Part shown: piece by piece, positions 1 to 10,727 of the stretch | How positions within the stretch are numbered: position 1 is the first letter of the stretch | How the letters are laid out: each line of letters begins with the position of its first letter | Assembly (NCBI RefSeq): GCF_006345805.1 | Contig: NC_043008.1 | Span: forward strand, 72,044,001 to 72,108,000 | DNA: 64,000 nt | DNA from: Octopus sinensis | Taxonomy: Eukaryota | Direction of reading: 5' to 3' | The notes under the pieces: model-generated | Databases searched by the model: none | Told to the model about the DNA's origin: nothing | Seen by the model: the letters and a program-made list of their open reading frames with translations, nothing else | Position numbers and translations under genes: made by a program

Positions 1-346
1 ACACACACACATATATATATACACACCCATACATACATGCATATAAATCTCATTTGCAAACCCATATTCTGTCTGTATATCTGTGCACACCTTTCAATGA
101 AATGTATGCCAGACGTTTGGTTTTCAAATCTAACGGAGGCCTCAAGAGGCATTTTAAGTTCCAGAAAGATCAGAACTTATCTGCAGCTCCTGGTGGTTCA
201 ATTGAATATGCAATGTATGTGGGTGTCTTTTCAAAACATTGTCTGGTTTAAAATGCCACATGTTTCGAAGGTATAAGTACAGGAGGAAGTCAAAGTCTGC
301 ATAAGGAATAGACAACCGCCATATACATACCTACATACATACGTAT

Positions 347-417
<71 letters not shown>

Positions 418-700
418 TATACCTTGTTCGAAGGTTATATGGATACAGTTTGTGTATCAAATAGCTAACTTAAGGTGATGGCCTCATGGAGCTAATAAGC
501 GGACAGCTTTTTTCTTATTTTTATAAGAATGCCATATTAGTATGGCGATAACTATTATTTTCCGGGAACGCTGCCGCTGTTCTCTTTTAGAGAGACTTAG
601 TTATTTTAATATTTCTATTATTGAAAACAAGTGGATGTATTCCACCGAAACTAGGTAAATAAAACCATCGAACAGAGATTGTCGGAAGCGACACCTACTG

Positions 701-758
701 ACTGGCTACGCTGCATTGAAAAGGGGCAATACTCCGAAACGCGTCTGTAGCTGCCGGT
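701..758 (+). ncRNA. Type I hammerhead ribozyme motif (U3-A8 variant), copy 1
   Basis: Stem I GCTGCA(710-715)/TGTAGC(746-751), extended by ACTGGC/GCCGGT. Core TTGAAAA(716-722). Stem II GGGG/CTCC with loop CAATA. GAAA(736-739). Palindromic ACGCGT stem III. GUC triplet with predicted cleavage after C745. Confidence 0.82.
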
Positions 759-1061
759 CAAGTAGTGTGGAGCGACTGACCTCCCTTGTTCGAAGGTTAT
801 ATGGATACAGTTTGTGTATCAATAGCTAACTTAAGGCGATGGCCTCATGGAGCTAATAAGCGGACAGCTTTTTTCTTATTTTTATAAGAATGCCATATTA
901 GTATGGCGATAACTATTATTTTCCGGGAACGCTGCCGCTGTTCTCTTTTAGAGAGACTTAGTTATTTTAATATTTCTATTATTGAAAACAAGTGGATGTA
1001 TTCCACCGAAACTAGGTAAATAAAACCATCGAACAGAGATTGTCGGAAGCGACACCTACTG

Positions 1062-1119
1062 ACTGGCTACGCTGCATTGAAAAGGGGCAATACTCCGAAA
1101 CGCGTCTGTAGCTGCCGGT
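1062..1119 (+). ncRNA. Type I hammerhead ribozyme motif (U3-A8 variant), copy 2
   Basis: Identical to copy 1. Predicted cleavage after C1106, so the cleavage-to-cleavage monomer is 746-1106 (361 nt). Confidence 0.82.
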
Positions 1120-1345
1120 CAAGTAGTGTGGAGCGACTGACCTCCCTTGTTCGAAGGTATATGGATACAGTTTGTGTATCAAATAGCTAACTTAAGGCGA
1201 TGGCCTCATGGAGCTAATAAGCGGACAGCTTTTTTCTTATTTTTATAAGAATGCCATATTAGTATGGCGATAACTATTATTTTCCGGGAACGCTGCCGCT
1301 GTTCTCTTTTAGAGAGACTTAGTTATTTTAATATTTCTATTATAT

Positions 1346-1410
<65 letters not shown>

Positions 1411-2781
1411 CTTGTGTGTGTGTTTATTACTTATAAAAGCTCACGTTAATATGGATTTTCTCTCAATGTGCGTTTGCGTTTGTGCGCACGCGTGGTGTGT
1501 GTGTAAAAGTATCCATTCCAATTTGACAGTACAACTTTTTCAGAAACGATAGTATTTTCCACATGAAAGGTAGCTAACATCTATTGAAACAAATTCATTT
1601 CTCTAATTGCTTTATTATAATCTGTTTATTATTTTAGTTTCAATAAACAGAATTAGATAACATTGGACCCTTGAACTGCAAAAAGTAGAAACGATATGTT
1701 ATTATTAAATTTTTCTTTAATGACAGCTGAAATAATTTTAAAAGATGTGTTTTAAAACGAATGTTATTTGCATTGCTCTATTTTCTTTCATTATCTCTTG
1801 ATCACATTAAACAATAATCTAGTTAGCAAGGGAATTTGCTAAGATTAGCTAATCTTTTGCATTTCTGCTTTATATTATTTTCATATTGAATAAACAATAT
1901 TTAACAGAAATAAACACAGAATTCGAATTTTTGTAATGATTTTCGTAACGGATTCTTGTTTCAGCATATTGGCTCTTTTTGTTACAAAAGTTTTAAAAAC
2001 ATATAAAGAGAACAAAAAATCTATATATGTTACGTTATGGCTGTTTGGATTTGAAATTGTCATTATCTGTTTAATTTCATTTTAATTAAATGAAAATTAA
2101 TGATAAAATCAACATGCTCATGACATCTATGATACCTTGAAATAAACTATATTCTTTTCTTGCTTTCAACTAGACCTCAGAGCAGTAACCAGCCCGTTAT
2201 TTTGGGAGAATCTACATTTGAATTTATTTGCATAATACTTCCCTCCAATTTTTACATTGTTTAATATATATGATAGCCACTTCTATCGCTAAAAGAAGTG
2301 TTGAAATAACCTACTGATAATATGAAATTGGTCTTAGTAATATTCGGAAGAAATCCTTTAGTCTGCTTGATGCCACTTGCCACATTGTGTTTCTTGCGAC
2401 TTCAGGTAATATTTCATCGTGTCACTTACGTGAATACATATATTGCATAAACACATGCGATCCAAAGGAGAATTGACTGACCTATCTAAACAGAAGCCTG
2501 GAAGATAAGCAGATATTATTCCATCAAAAAGCAATGCATGGATACATATCCCGTAAGCTGGAGGACAACAACTACTTTGACAAGAAGAGTACCCTTTTCT
2601 GTATCTGCGATTGATAGATTACAGCCCACCTAGAAGGATACGCTTTCGCTATCCAGGAACAGGAGATTGCTGCTAAATACCTGATAAACAAACATACCAC
2701 CAAACCTTTACCTTGTCATAGAAAATATTGGCTATTCTATACATTTATATATATATATATATATATATCTATATATATATA

Positions 2782-2865
<84 letters not shown>

Positions 2866-3029
2866 TATGTATGTATATAGAAAAGAAAAAAGTATATATA
2901 CTGAAATTGGAACCAGAACCCCGAAATCAGAAATTGGAGATACGGTAACACAATTCCATTTTTAGGGAGCAAATACAATTACGTACAAGATCCGACACAA
3001 CACAAAATTCTAATTAACACAGAGAACAT

Positions 3030-4860
3030 ATACACCCGAATATCATAAATTCGTCAAATAGATACTTCAACAGGTATATGATGTACCTACTATTAAAAGG
3101 TTTCAACTTTACCCCGACACCCACTCCTAATCTCATTGAACTGAAATCTGATATTGAACATTTCGACCGCCACCTCCGACTTATAAAATTCTTTGGCAAT
3201 AAGGATATACATGACGAATCAATAGTCAGAAATAAATCCTACCTCACCCCCTACAAGGGAAATGACAAATATTTAGACACGATTTCAAAATTCCCCCTAA
3301 ATACCTACAAATGCAGACAAAACCTTCGTGAAGAAGAAAAGGAAGCCTTACTAACACTAAAGAATGACAACTCAATCATCCTAAAAGAAGCTGATAAGGC
3401 GGGGGGCGATAGTAATCATAGGCATGAACTACTATAAAGATAAAATATTGGAAATTTTAACAAGCCAAAACCTACGATAAGGACACCCAGGAAAAACAAT
3501 AACGAATAAACCGAACCACTAATCAATGGATACCAAGATTCCTTCACAGACAAGGAATTATATATGCAACTCTGTAATCAAAGAGAGCAATTTCCTACGG
3601 ATTGCACACAATTCTTACACTCTCCGAAATACAAAGTGCCATAAATAAGCAGAAGAACCAATACATAAAAATACTAAGGCCTGCTGACCTCAAACTAAGA
3701 CCAATAGTTGCTGTACCTCAAGCACCAACACAACAACTAAGTGATTTCTTAGATATACTCCTACAACGTTTGTGCCTATTAATACCCAGTTATATACGGG
3801 ATGGCAGAGATTTCATCCAGCACATCAGGAGTAGAAGAAATATATCATTAAAATGTGGAAACGCTTCCATGATTGATTTATCTTTTGGGACAGATAAAAT
3901 GAGGACCTAAGTATTTTTAACAATATACTGAATACACCTCGCCCATCCATCGAATTCACGACAGAATCCAGTTGCAATGGATTACCATTTCTTGATATCC
4001 ACATGAAAATAGAGAACTCCTCAGTCACAACAGAGATATTTTACAAAAATACTGACGCTCATCAATATCTAAATTTCAACTCTTGCCGTCCATCACACGT
4101 CAAAAGGGACATTCCATAAAGCATGGCAAGATGCACCTGTGCTATGGTGACTGACTCCAAAATATGTTATATCCTACTGAACGAGCTCAAAGGCTTCTTC
4201 ACAATGCAGAAGCACCCTTTAGGATTAATTACTGAGGGGTTTAACAAAGCGACGAAAGTGAGCATCACCCAACTACGGACACCTAAGTAAAAAAATAATG
4301 AACCTACGATTCTGTTTCTTAACACACATTGTTCTGGAATAACCAACATCTTTCACGCCATAAAATCGAACTTACCTCGAATATTAAAAAAGAATATTAA
4401 AAAAACACCTCACAAGAATAGAATTCACATCAGAAAATGAATCAGAACTCTTAGTAAAAGAATGTGGAGATATGAGATGTGGACCATGCAATAACAACAA
4501 CAACATCTTTAAATACTTAGAAAGTGGTTCCCACATAAAACTTAAGAGCGGATTATCATTCAAAATAAACGCAGATATGAACTGCAAAACGCAGAACCTC
4601 AAATACTACATTACCTGCCCCAACTGCAAAGAAAATTACATTGGCGAGACAAATAATTCCCTTGGCCAACATGCAAGAATCCACAGGCAGCGTATTCAAC
4701 AAGAGATATTATGCAAGATTCCGTTAAACAAGCATCTGGAAATGTGCAGCGACAGAAAATTCTAAGTCAATCCTTTTTACAGATTTTCACGAGCCATCAA
4801 TACCGAAAAGCAATGGAGCTGCATTTCATCAAAAAATTCTCTCCAAAATTGAATGCTTGA
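3030..4860 (+). mobile_element. Degenerate Penelope-like element (RT plus GIY-YIG endonuclease, frameshifted)
   Basis: ORF fragments LLKGFNFTPTP, RPIVAVPQAPTQQLSDFLDILLQ..PSYIRD, the FLDI..FYKNTDAHQYLNFNSC region and NLKYYITCPNCKENYIGET (GIY-YIG), ending HFIKKFSPKLNA*. Many stops and frameshifts. Confidence 0.88.
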
Positions 4861-5171
4861 AAGAAAAGCGGAGAATTTACATGTTTGATTCTAAATTTAG
4901 CCTCAATATTGGAAACATGATACTCATCACTATAAATATTCAGGTGAACATTGGGATATTAAAACTTTACGTATTTTTCTAATTTGTAAATATTGTACTA
5001 ATAAAAGAAACCTAAATTTATTTTTCGATGCAAAACATCGAAATTACACAGTGTAGACGGACAGATATTTCCAAACACATGAACTCACAGGCAGACATAC
5101 GCACACTTGCACATACACACACACACACACAGATATATATATATATATATATATATAAACATATATATATA

Positions 5172-5571
5172 ACTAGCAGTATCGCCCGGCGTTGCTGGGG
5201 TTTGTAAGGGAAATAATTATATAAGCATTTTTAGAGAATTATAGCCAAAAAATAGCAAAAAAATGCATTAAAAATGGAAAAAATTTGATGGTAAATATTT
5301 TTTTAAATCGTTGACTCATTGTAGACATTTTTAGAGAGTTACTTCCCTTATATAATAGCTAAAAAAATGCATTAAAATGGAAAAAAAGATGGTAAATTCT
5401 TTTTTAAATCGTAGACTCATTGTAGGCGCGCGCTAATACCCAGAAGGGCTCGATATGAATCACGACTATAAGATACCCGGTTTTGGTTAAACTGCACCGC
5501 AAAATGTGGGAGTAGTTAGGAATCTAAATCGTAGGAGACAGACACACAAATTGACTTTTATATATACAAAT
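5172..5571 (+). mobile_element. Non-autonomous Helitron/Helentron-like (Lep1/HINE-type) element
   Basis: Starts ACTAGCAGTATCG followed by hairpin CCCGGC-GTT-GCTGGG (5185-5199). Internal ~100-bp duplication. Ends ACAGACACACA-AATTGACTTTTATATATACAAAT. Sits in TA-rich flanks. Family call is from architecture only. Confidence 0.55.
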
Positions 5572-5784
5572 TTTTCATAGAACTTCTTATCTTCTTTCAG
5601 GCACCATAAGGAAAAAAAATGCTTTCAGTCATGACCGCACCCCATCCGAAAAGAGATCACCATCCTTGAACTAGATAATATATATGGTTAAAACATTCCA
5701 AATTTTTAAAAAACTATCTCCCCCTCCCTCTCTCTACCTATCTATTTGTCAATCTATCTTTCTGTCTATCTATCCACCTATCTA

Positions 5785-5855
<71 letters not shown>

Positions 5856-6276
5856 CCATTGTCCCATAACCTCACAAAAAAAAAACACAATTCTATCCTT
5901 TACTAAAAATCTGGTTTATATAAATGAATAACGGGTTTGCACAGTGTTTATTTGCACATTCACTATTTTATTTGACAAGTTCGAAGACGAAGGAAAGAGC
6001 TAATAAGTTAAAACAATTCTTCTTCCAAAATTCTGGCAACACCTCTTTTCTTAATATTCAATAACTGTACACCACCTCTAACACTCTATAAATATATATA
6101 CATTCACACACACACACACACACACACACAACACACACACACACACACACTCACACCCACCCACACACACGTGTGTGTGTGTATTCTATTTGACGAGTTC
6201 GAGAAACAAATAATGAATAATTTTTTCCAGCATCCTGGCGACCTTTTTTCTCAATATATATATATATATATATAAT

Positions 6277-6648
6277 GGCCCAGTGGTTAGGGCAGCGGAC
6301 TCGCGGTCGTAGGATCGCGGTTTCGATTCCCAGACCGGGCGTTGTGAGTGTTTATTGAGCGAAAACACCTGAAGCTCCACGAGGCTCCGGCAGAGATGGT
6401 AGTGATCCCTGCTGTACTCTTTCACCACAACTTTCTCTCACTCTTACTTTCTGTTTCTGTTGTGCCTGTATTTCAAAGGGCCGGCCTTGTCACTCTCTGT
6501 GTCACGCTGAGTATCCCCGAGAACTACGTTAAGGGTACACGTGTCTGTGGAGTGCTCAGCCACTTACACGTTAATTTCACGAGCAGGCTGTTCCGTTTGA
6601 TCGGATCAACCGGAAACCTCATCGTCGTAACCGACGGAGTGCTTCCAC
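6277..6648 (+). mobile_element. tRNA-derived SINE (head A + tail X)
   Basis: A-box TGGCCCAGTGG and B-box GGTTTCGATTCC. Head shared with 7051-7341, tail shared with 55812-56094. Confidence 0.85.
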
Positions 6649-6789
6649 ATATATAACAAAAAATTGAGGGTCAATACTTGATAACTGTAAGCACCTGTAT
6701 ATGCCAGTTAGTGGTGTAGGTGATAGGGTATATTTATCAAAAGAAAAACAGGATATATAGATTTATAGATATATATATATATACATAAA

Positions 6790-7010
6790 CATATTTAAAT
6801 GTAACCACTTGTGAATTGTTGGCGATTTTTATCCCCCTGTCTTCCTTTTCTTTGGGCCTTTCTTCTCTCTCCTGTTTCTGAAGAAGAGCTTTGCTCGGAG
6901 CGTAAAAGCGCCTTTGTGTCCTTCCCTGAGCGTCTGCTAACACTTTACATGTACTACGTTCTCGCATTGTTGTTCTTTTTGTGTTTGTTGTCCGTTATTT
7001 TGGGACACAC
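6790..7010 (+). repeat. Penelope pLTR-like repeat with decayed hammerhead motif
   Basis: TTT-CTGAAGA-A-GAGC-TTT-GCTC-GGAG-CG-TA-AAAG at 6875-6908, with GAAA mutated to GGAG. A related copy lies on the opposite strand at 7372-7560. Confidence 0.5.
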
Positions 7011-7050
<40 letters not shown>

Positions 7051-7051
<1 letters not shown>

Positions 7052-7341
7052 CACCGTGACCGACCAGGCTATCAGATGTTGCTACACATCACTGGTCACA
7101 ATGCGCTTCGCATTGTTTTAGCCTTCAAATGACGCCACCCCGCTGGATAAGCGAGCAGGCCAACAGTAGAAAGAGTGAGAGAAAGTTGTGGCGAAAGAGT
7201 ACAGCATAGTTCGCCACCACCTCCTGCCAGAGCCTCATGGAGCTTTAGTTGTTTTCGCTCAATAAACACTCACAACGCCCGTTCTGGGAATCGAAACCGC
7301 GATCCTACAACTGCGAGTCCGCTGGGCCATTGCGCCTCCAC
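7051..7341 (-). mobile_element. tRNA-derived SINE (head A + tail Y)
   Basis: Minus strand reads GTGGAGGCGCAATGGCCCAG...GGTTTCGATTCCCAG...TTTCTCTCACTCTT, matching the SINE at 6277, then diverges into a different 3' tail. Confidence 0.85.
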
Positions 7342-7371
7342 ATATATTTATATATATATATATATATATAA

Positions 7372-7560
7372 GGAAAATTCACAAAAGAAACAAAAGATGA
7401 AGACAGGCGGTGTAGACACCAAACAGGTGTATTAGTTTAATGCTCGGAAGTGCAAAAGTCTTTAAGGTTTTGAGCCTACGCTCTTCCACAGAAACTAACA
7501 CTGAAAGAAACAAGGAGAGAAAATAAAGAGAAAATATAAAGCATGTGTAGTGGCTAGCGA
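7372..7560 (-). repeat. Penelope pLTR-like repeat with decayed hammerhead motif
   Basis: Minus strand TTT-CTGTGGA-A-GAGC-GTAG-GCTC-AAAA-CC-TT-AAAGA (7459-7494). Same layout as the 6875-6908 motif. Confidence 0.45.
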
Positions 7561-7575
7561 TCTATCATGGCGAAA

Positions 7576-7616
<41 letters not shown>

Positions 7617-7619
<3 letters not shown>

Positions 7620-8271
7620 CAATATAAGGGTAGCAAAAAATTCAATAGAAATCTTTTCGCCACCAGCGGTCTAGTGAGAAAGAAAAAATAGTCAAAAGAC
7701 TATATAATATACATTCAACAATAATATTAAGGAATGGCCTTCATAGGCCATTCAACTCACTAAAACGAGCAGCTATACTCAAAGGAAAATTAAAAACATT
7801 TACTCTAATCATCTTTGGACAATGCATTCTTTCGACGTACTTTTTGGTAAACCAGCCTAATTATATTAAATTAAATTTAATCAAGTCAATTTACCACTGG
7901 CCCGTCTCATCGGCAAAGAAGCCAGGAGGAATAAATATTCCACGAGGCAACAGCATCGATGCCTCGGGAATAAATGCTCGAAATTTTCAAAATCTACTGT
8001 CACCGCGCCAACTTAGCATAAAATATAAACTGCTGATTTAATTTCAGAATTAGCCAAAAATCATTAATTAATCAATATAAGGGTAGCAAAAAATTCAATA
8101 GAATTTTTTTTCGCCACCAGTACGTCGAAACAATGCATTGTCTAGAGATGATTAGGGTAAATGTTTTTTATTTTCCTTTGATTTCTGAATTACTACTATT
8201 TAGCGGTTTGAGTATAGCTGCTCGTTTTAGTGAGTTGAATGGACTATTAAGGCCATTCCTTAATATTATTG

Positions 8272-8277
<6 letters not shown>
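7617..8277. repeat. Composite direct plus inverted repeat element (X-Y-Z-X-invY)
   Basis: X (AATCAATATAAGGGTAGCAAAAAATTC...CGCCACCAG) at 7617-7666 and 8070-8120. Y at 7713-7841 is inverted at 8119-8277. Another X-like copy occurs near 17302-17357. Confidence 0.8.
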
Positions 8278-8326
<49 letters not shown>

Positions 8327-8701
8327 TATATATATATACATATATATATATAGTCCCGTTTGCGGGGTCAAAATTTTCTCTGGAGCAAAAAACTGTTTTG
8401 GAGCCCTGTCACTTTCTATACCATATTTTAGCATCCACTGGCACCACACAAGCCAATGATGCAGTCAGAAACATGTTTGACTCTGAAAACGAGACATCGT
8501 GATATATATATTTAAGCTTTTAGATTATTGGAGGCCTAAATTCCTGAGTTCTTTTACAGAACTTCGAAAAACTGAAAGGCAACGGCAGTAATTCTGTGAA
8601 TATGAGAGAGGAATATGTTTAATATAATGATAACTAATTGATCCTCTTGTATTTTCTTTTACCCAAAGCCAGTAACCCTTAAACAAACCCTCGTGTGTGT
8701 G

Positions 8702-8750
<49 letters not shown>

Positions 8751-9389
8751 GTACACACACAGATTCACACACACATACGCACACACATATATATCATAAG
8801 GTGTTGGAAAATTGATCAGATTAGAACGCTGAAACATCCGTCGGTTGGATAGTGTCAACAGAGTTTAGCGTAACGCGTGGTTCCATTTTCGTTCAGTTAA
8901 TTACATTTACATTTATTGAGTTGAGCAACGCTAGAAATCTCTTACAAATGAGTAGGAATTAGCTTTTAAGTGAACTGTGTCCCACGACAGATTTTCATCT
9001 CAGTCTTTCAAGCAATCAGATGTGGCCTGACATACAATCTGGTGCGAGCTTATGCTTGGACTCCTGAATGGCTAGAAATAGCGAGCAAATTGAAATGTAA
9101 ATGAACTTTAAAGTTTTTGAAAGAAAAGGTCGAATTGGATAGTATAATCATAAACAATGTATGCATGCCTGTATGTATGTATGTATGTATGTATGTATGT
9201 ATGTATGTATGTATGTATGTATGTATGTATGTATCTATGTATGCATGTAGGTATGTAGGTATGTATGTATGTTTGTAGATAAGTATATATGAATTAAGCC
9301 TGTATGCATAAATTAAAGAGTAGTTATCAAAGTTTAATCCTGGAAAGGAATCGACATCTGAAGTGAGAGAGATGGTATAAGCGTGTACG

Positions 9390-9421
<32 letters not shown>

Positions 9422-9422
9422 G

Positions 9423-9467
<45 letters not shown>

Positions 9468-9569
9468 TGTGTGTGTTGTGTTTGTGTGTGCACATATGTG
9501 TGTACGCATATATATATATATATACATATGTGTATGTGTCTGTCTGTATATAGATATATATATATATAG

Positions 9570-9620
<51 letters not shown>

Positions 9621-9796
9621 CGTGTGTGTGTGTGTGTGTATGTATGTTTGTGTGTGTGTGTATGTATATTTATATATGTAGATAAAACTTACTTGGAAAA
9701 GATGCGTTCGAACATATAATCTAAATAATATATAAATATATGCATATATACATACATATATGTACATACCTAAATATATATGTATATATACATGCA

Positions 9797-10309
9797 TATA
9801 TGAGTACAGGACACACTGAACACATTGATAACACATTGAGAAAAGAAAACATAAAAACAAGTACATAGAAACGAACGTTATTTTCAAACAACGAAAGAAC
9901 AGAGTACAAGACACACAACACAAGGAATATTCCCCTTCTTCAGTTGTCCCAGTTTCATCAACTCCACGTTTCGAAAGTAAGGACAAGACGCGAATTCATT
10001 GAAACAGTCCTTCCTGCAAAGTAAATTAAATAAAATTTGGGAGTATTTGCGGAGGGGTAAAAGTGGTAACAAGAACAGGACAGTAAGAACAAGACAAGAC
10101 AGTAAAAACAATAAAAAAGTAAAAACAGTAATAGACAGAACAATGAGAATAACACAGTAAAAACAAGCAATGAGGGGAATATTCCTTGTGTTGCATGTCC
10201 TGTACTCTGCTTTTTCGTTGTTTGAAAAATATGTTCGTTTCTATGATTTTGTTTTTATGATATCGTTTCTCATTGTATTCAAAGTTTTTTTGATGTCCTG
10301 TACCCATAT
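9797..10309. repeat. Element with ~135-bp inverted arms (9797-9936 and 10173-10309)
   Basis: The left arm ending CACAAGGAATATTCCCCT is the reverse complement of the right arm starting AGGGGAATATTCCTTGTG. Related single-orientation copies at ~26905-27125 and ~57240-57710. Confidence 0.75.
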
Positions 10310-10497
10310 ATGCATGTATATATACATATATATGTAGGTATGTACATATATGCAGGCATATAATGTATATATATATTTTTTTCTTAGTTTCATTTCAGAG
10401 CTGCGGCCATGCTGATGCATTTAAATATTATTTATGTTATATATATATGTATATATATATATACATATGTACATATCTATCTATCTATATATATATA

Positions 10498-10537
<40 letters not shown>

Positions 10538-10685
10538 GTATATGTATGTATACATATATGTGTGTGTGTATAAATATATGTAAACGCATGTGTGCAGGGA
10601 TATAAATATGCTATATATGTACACATTTATGCATACATAAATAAACACACACACACAAGCACATATATATACATATATATGAATG

Positions 10686-10727
<42 letters not shown>

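Larger units (their letters stand above)
422..1342 (+). repeat. Tandem repeat of ~361-362 bp unit, about 2.55 copies, hammerhead-bearing (retrozyme/pLTR-like concatemer)
   Basis: Unit start CCTTGTTCGAAGG recurs at 422, 784 and 1145. Copies differ by only a few bases or indels. The array ends at ...ATTTCTATTAT (~1342) and is flanked on both sides by (TA)n. Confidence 0.97.

Noticed and set aside
422-1342. CRISPR-like or rDNA/tRNA interpretation of the tandem repeat
   Set aside because: The units are fully identical with no spacers, and there are no rRNA or tRNA motifs.
2362-5674. Possible plus-strand exons at ~2362-2405 (LLDATCHIVFLATS) and ~5601-5674 (TIRKKNAFSHDRTPSEKRSPSLN*)
   Set aside because: Only splice-like borders, with no recognisable domain or consistent gene model.
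6277-6345. tRNA gene calls at SINE heads (also 12925 and 55812)
   Set aside because: A and B boxes are present but there is no complete cloverleaf, and each continues into a SINE body.
9050-9986. Long ORFs of YI/HT/VC dipeptide repeats, and many similar ones across the window
   Set aside because: Translations of (TA)n, (CA)n and (TATG)n microsatellites, not genes.
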